DNA from: a virus
Lineage: Duplodnaviria; Caudoviricetes
Length of the DNA: 41,020 nt
Strand: one strand, 5' to 3'
IMG/VR virus record: IMGVR_UViG_3300032050_009126
Span: 1-41,020 of that record
Below the pieces are notes generated by a model. That model saw only the letters and a program-made list of their open reading frames with translations, searched no databases and was not told where the DNA came from. Positions 37,023-41,020 of the stretch are shown piece by piece. Both the position numbers and the translations under genes were made by a program. Every line of letters starts with the position of its first letter. Within the stretch, counting starts at the first letter, position 1.

Positions 37023-37762
37023 ATTTTAACAAAACTTTAATTAGATCCAGCTCTGTTGGGTACTTGATGACGGAACCACAAGCCAAAGCAGACAAGGACG
37101 CAGGTAACTTATCCAAGACAGCAAAGACACACTTGCTTGAAATCTACATTGCAGAAAAGTACGGACGCAGGAAAGACGTACAGACCAAGCAAATGAAAAA
37201 AGGAATCCAAGTAGAAGATGATTCGATCGCATTGCTTTCGGAATACATGGGCAAGCCATTTAGCAAGAACTCAGAACGATTCACTAACGATTATATCACA
37301 GGGCATCCAGATATTTTGGATTTAAGCGAAAGTGGATTGAAGATATGGGATGTGAAATCAAGTTACGACCTGTTTACATTTTTAGGAAATTTACCAGAAA
37401 AGTTAAAGGATTTGTACTATTGGCAATTGCAGTCATACATGTGGCTAACAGGCGCGGTTGAATCGTCAATTGCATATTGCCTTGTAAACACCCCGTTTGG
37501 CATCATAGAGCAAGAAAAGAAGTCATTACTCTACCGAATGGATGTTATATCAGAAGAAAGCCCTGAGTACGTCCTAGAGGCTTCTAAATTGGAATTAAAC
37601 ATGATGTTTGATGACATTGATATAAAAGAAAGAATACTTATCTTTCCAGTACAAAGAAACGAGGAAGATATTCAGCTAATCCAAGACAAGGTAGAAAAGG
37701 CAAGAGCATACCTAAGTATGATAGAAAACACTCACAAAAACTTTAACAATGAGAGGATCTAA
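37019..37762 (+). CDS. YqaJ/lambda-exonuclease-like PD-(D/E)XK nuclease
   Basis: KGIQVE, ITGHPDI, WDVKSS, YYWQLQSYMWLTG. Confidence 0.85.
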   Translation: MNFNKTLIRSSSVGYLMTEPQAKADKDAGNLSKTAKTHLLEIYIAEKYGRRKDVQTKQMKKGIQVEDDSIALLSEYMGKPFSKNSERFTNDYITGHPDILDLSESGLKIWDVKSSYDLFTFLGNLPEKLKDLYYWQLQSYMWLTGAVESSIAYCLVNTPFGIIEQEKKSLLYRMDVISEESPEYVLEASKLELNMMFDDIDIKERILIFPVQRNEEDIQLIQDKVEKARAYLSMIENTHKNFNNERI

Positions 37763-38096
37763 TGTGGTAAGTTCCGTACACCACTTAAAAATGGCTAGAG
37801 AGCATTTCGAGGATTTTAGACGAGAGTTCCCAGAGGCCATGGGATCAAAACTATTCAAAACATACATAGACAGAATAAACTGGATATTCAAAGATTTGCT
37901 TGCCTACCCACATTTGACGCAGGCTGTAAGAGATGGATTCAAGGCTGAAATTGAAAGTGATGTATTTGCCATTCCAGCCATAAGTGAGAAAGTAGCCCTA
38001 TTAAACCCACAGCAAAGAGATATGATCGAGGCTACCATAGACGCCATGCTTTCAGGAGTTGAAATAAAAATTTCAGATGTTTCAGAAAAATCTTAA
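37749..38096 (+). CDS. Hypothetical protein
   Basis: 115-aa ORF overlapping the exonuclease stop; plausible composition. Confidence 0.7.
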   Translation: MRGSNVVSSVHHLKMAREHFEDFRREFPEAMGSKLFKTYIDRINWIFKDLLAYPHLTQAVRDGFKAEIESDVFAIPAISEKVALLNPQQRDMIEATIDAMLSGVEIKISDVSEKS

Positions 38097-38105
38097 TTTA
38101 GTGGC

Positions 38106-39431
38106 ATGTTACCTGACATCTTACAAAGGGGAGATATGCCCCAAAATAAGCTAAAAAAAGAAGCTGAAGATTTTTTGTCAAGAAGAAATTCTAACAGAAA
38201 TGTAATTTCTCAATTTACACCAAAGCAAGGCGAATGGAACATGTTAGCCGGCCAAAACGCAGCAAGACTTAAAGAACAAAACAAACCATTAAACAGAGCT
38301 GCCAGCAGCAAGGTTGCTAAAAATACAATGGAAAATTTAGTAGAACCATTGTTGGCATTAGAAGGCGTAGGAGCTATAGGCGGAATAACAAAAGCATTAT
38401 ATAAATCTGGATTAAAAAAGGCAGCAAAAAAAGAAGCTAACGATTATGCTTCATCTCTAACACAAAACAATGTAACAAGATATTTTGATAAAGAAGGCAA
38501 GGAGCTGCCATTTACAACAGCTATTAGATCTAAAGATGAAGTAATAAAAGCAAATCAAGCATTAAAAAAAGATTTTAAAACAGGATCTGCTTCCGCGCCA
38601 CCGGAAGGATTAAATCCATATTTAACTGATGAAAATGGTGAAAAATTAGGATTAGATTGGAAAGATATAGAAAAATACGATCCTGCTTTTAATTTAAAAT
38701 CAAATAAGATAAAAGAAGCAGATCAAGTTCTTTTAGATTTTAGAAATAGAATATCTACTCCAGAAGGAGAAAAAAGAATGAAAAACTTATTGGGTGATAG
38801 ATATGAAAAGGTAAAAAATAATATAAACAAATTAGAATTAAAAGAAGATCCTTCAGATTATGCATATTATACTTCTGGTGTAATGACTGACCCATATATA
38901 GGATTACACCCAGAGTTAAATACGGAAATGGTAAAGCCAATTGTTAGACATGAAATAGAGCATGCCGTTCAAAAGGGAGCTACTACCGAGGTTGATGATA
39001 TATTATCAAATTTAGAATTAAAAAAAACTCCTAATAAAGTAAACTGGGATGAAAGGAAATTAGACAAACAAATAAATCCGTATAATTTAAAATACAAATT
39101 AAAAGATAGACAAGACGCTACAGATTATTTTGATTCTGGCTCTAGTGGTAGAGAAAAAGGTGCATTTTTAGGAGAATTACAACAATATATGGTTGATAAT
39201 AAACTTATATCACATCCTTATGCTGTAAACGAAATAACGCCTTCAAAAATAAAAGAGGTTTTTATAGACAATATTGGACAAGATAATTATCCTTTAAGAA
39301 TATTTAATATAATGAAACCGACTGATAAGAATTATAAAATTTTAGCAGATGGTTTAAATAAAATGTTAATTGGCGGAGGTGCCATAGCAGGAGCAAAAAA
39401 TATTCTAGGTCAAAAAAATGTAAAACAATGA
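38106..39431 (+). CDS. Hypothetical protein with zincin HExxH motif
   Basis: IVRHEIEHAVQ..REKGAFLGELQQ; Gly/Ala-rich segments. Confidence 0.65.
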   Translation: MLPDILQRGDMPQNKLKKEAEDFLSRRNSNRNVISQFTPKQGEWNMLAGQNAARLKEQNKPLNRAASSKVAKNTMENLVEPLLALEGVGAIGGITKALYKSGLKKAAKKEANDYASSLTQNNVTRYFDKEGKELPFTTAIRSKDEVIKANQALKKDFKTGSASAPPEGLNPYLTDENGEKLGLDWKDIEKYDPAFNLKSNKIKEADQVLLDFRNRISTPEGEKRMKNLLGDRYEKVKNNINKLELKEDPSDYAYYTSGVMTDPYIGLHPELNTEMVKPIVRHEIEHAVQKGATTEVDDILSNLELKKTPNKVNWDERKLDKQINPYNLKYKLKDRQDATDYFDSGSSGREKGAFLGELQQYMVDNKLISHPYAVNEITPSKIKEVFIDNIGQDNYPLRIFNIMKPTDKNYKILADGLNKMLIGGGAIAGAKNILGQKNVKQ

Positions 39432-39565
39432 AAGGAAAACTAAACAAACTAGGAGTTGCCAATAGTCTTTGGAACAACATCCGCGCAAAAGCTGGATCAG
39501 GTAAGAAACCTACGCCAGAAATGCTTGAGCAAGAAAGAAAAATTAAAGCAAAAGAAAAAAAATAA
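39428..39565 (+). CDS. Small basic protein (45 aa; not in ORF track)
   Basis: MKGKLNKLGVANSLWNNIRAKAGSGKKPTPEMLEQERKIKAKEKK; ATGA overlap with the upstream stop. Confidence 0.7.
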   Translation: MKGKLNKLGVANSLWNNIRAKAGSGKKPTPEMLEQERKIKAKEKK

Positions 39566-39570
39566 TTTTT

Positions 39571-39948
39571 ATGCTAGGTATAATGAACGCGCCATTAGAT
39601 CCAATGTCTAATTTATTATTAAAAAAGACTCCAAGATTAAATATAGACAGTACTTTAAAAGCAAATATGTCTAAAAATTTTATCAAAAGGATGTTTGACC
39701 CCAATCCAATGTCTATACCAGATCCACAAGATTCAAAAAGAAGCATGACTCACTTTATGGAAGTTTCAGATGGTCTTGCATATCCTAGGGTTGTTCAAAT
39801 GGGAAATCAATTGAAGTTTTTAAATAGTGATGATGCGTACAATTACGCTAAAAAAACAGGAGAGTTTATTAAATTTAAAGATGATAATGATGCATTGTAT
39901 TTTACGCAAAATTATAAAAAAGGCAAAAACGTTACAATAGGCAAATAA
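39571..39948 (+). CDS. Hypothetical protein
   Basis: 125-aa ORF in the operon. Confidence 0.7.
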   Translation: MLGIMNAPLDPMSNLLLKKTPRLNIDSTLKANMSKNFIKRMFDPNPMSIPDPQDSKRSMTHFMEVSDGLAYPRVVQMGNQLKFLNSDDAYNYAKKTGEFIKFKDDNDALYFTQNYKKGKNVTIGK

Positions 39949-40241
39949 TGAGGCACAAAACACCAGCTTGGACTCGTAGTGAAGGTAAGAACCCAGAAGG
40001 CGGATTAAACGCCAAAGGAAGGGCTTCCTACAACAAAGAAACGGGTGGTAAACTAAAGGCACCAGTTAAGTCCGGAGTTAATCCAAGGCGTGTATCATTC
40101 GCAGCTAGATTCGCAGGCATGAAAGGAGATATGAAAAAGCCAAATGGTGAACCAACTAGAAAAGCATTAGCCCTAAAAGCATGGGGATTCGGTTCTGTCG
40201 CTGCAGCAAGAGCATTTGCAAACAGACATAAGAAAAAATAA
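39948..40241 (+). CDS. Small basic protein, DUF6321-like
   Basis: AWTRSEGKNPEGGLNAKGRASY..RRVSFAARF..TRKALALKAWG. Confidence 0.7.
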   Translation: MRHKTPAWTRSEGKNPEGGLNAKGRASYNKETGGKLKAPVKSGVNPRRVSFAARFAGMKGDMKKPNGEPTRKALALKAWGFGSVAAARAFANRHKKK

Positions 40242-40270
40242 ACGATAATATATTTACTTCCCCCCAAGTA

Positions 40271-40295
40271 GCCTCCTCTAAAAAGGAGGTTTTTT
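40271..40295 (+). terminator. Intrinsic terminator
   Basis: GCCTCCT-ctaaaa-AGGAGGT followed by a T tract. Confidence 0.82.
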
Positions 40296-40384
40296 ATGTA
40301 CATAATTTTGTACAAAGTTTTCTAATTGTAAACTTATTTGGTAAATGTTACAATATGATGTATATTGCATCAAACTGCATCATA

Positions 40385-40564
40385 ATGAAAAAAAGAATTA
40401 CAATTAGCCTTTCAGAAGAAAGTTACATTAAATTACAACTTCTAGCCAAAAAGAAAAAATGGTCATTAAGCAAAACAGTAGAGGACATTTTAGAAAGACA
40501 GATCGCAAAACAGAAACCAGCAGTTCAACACGCAGGAGGGGTTTATGAAAAAAGTAATCCTTAA
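40385..40564 (+). CDS. Ribbon-helix-helix (CopG/Arc-like) regulator
   Basis: MKKRITISLSEESYIKLQLLAKKKKWSLSKTVEDIL; ATG at 40385 preferred. Confidence 0.75.
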   Translation: MKKRITISLSEESYIKLQLLAKKKKWSLSKTVEDILERQIAKQKPAVQHAGGVYEKSNP

Positions 40565-41000
40565 TATAACACCCCAAACTCACGTAAGGGCAACTCAGGG
40601 TGATTCAATATTTTTCAGAATACCTAGAGAAAAATTACGCCCCTCCGGGCTAAGTAGATTGATAAGACTAGAAAAGTACAACAAGTACAAAGTAGATCTA
40701 TGCGCAGAGGCTAAATCAAAAAGATTCGTTCTCCCACCGGTTGGCGCTTCTATAACTTTCTTTATTCCAGTCCCACCATCTTGGTCTAAGAAAAAAAAGA
40801 AATTACATCATGGCAGATTCCACCAGTCCAAACCAGACATAGACAACTTACAAAAAGCCTTTTTAGATTCTCTAATGGCAGAGGACAAACAAATAGCTCA
40901 CTTGGAAGTCCAAAAAAGATGGGTTGACTTTGAAATAGGGTGGATCGAAATCTCTTACAAAGAATACACGGAGGTACTTGACCTACCCTCCCCCAAATAA
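40545..41000 (+). CDS. rusA: RusA-like Holliday junction resolvase
   Basis: FFIPVPPSWSKKKK..HQSKPDIDNLQKAFLDSL..EDKQI. Confidence 0.85.
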   Translation: MKKVILNITPQTHVRATQGDSIFFRIPREKLRPSGLSRLIRLEKYNKYKVDLCAEAKSKRFVLPPVGASITFFIPVPPSWSKKKKKLHHGRFHQSKPDIDNLQKAFLDSLMAEDKQIAHLEVQKRWVDFEIGWIEISYKEYTEVLDLPSPK

Positions 41001-41020
41001 GCTCTCGCCAAAGACTCGGC

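Noticed and set aside
40248-40295. Third sRNA (TATATTTA followed by a terminator)
   Set aside because: Only ~15 nt precede the hairpin, and it is adequately explained as the operon terminator
1-41020. Stop-codon reassignment as in some crAss-like phages
   Set aside because: Genes are full length and densely packed under the standard code

Overview
A 41 kb, AT-rich stretch of a tailed dsDNA phage genome. It most likely infects Bacteroidota, because genes lack Shine-Dalgarno sites and many have TAnnTTTG-type -7 promoters. The leftward arm (1-32186) is mostly morphogenesis: an unannotated portal gene running off the left edge, terminase subunits, a ~2785-aa polyvalent protein carrying kinase-like, ADP-ribosyltransferase and zincin domains, likely ejection proteins, podovirus/crAss-like tail proteins and two GroES-like genes. 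Between terminase and portal lies a glycan cluster of five glycosyltransferases, a GDP-mannose 3,5-epimerase and two methyltransferases, with two homing endonucleases. A lambdoid-style replication/recombination set follows: SSB, primase-helicase, DUF4373 initiator, NinG, YqaJ exonuclease and RusA. The best non-coding leads are two ORF-less promoter-to-terminator units (candidate sRNAs), one with 15 nt of perfect complementarity to a phage start-codon region, and a ~280-bp array of about ten different back-to-back palindromes. That array lies between a C/A-skewed tract and a Tad2-like anti-Thoeris gene. No tRNA, rRNA, CRISPR array, integrase, DNA polymerase or major capsid gene was recognised. 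All family calls come from motif recognition by eye, not database searches.
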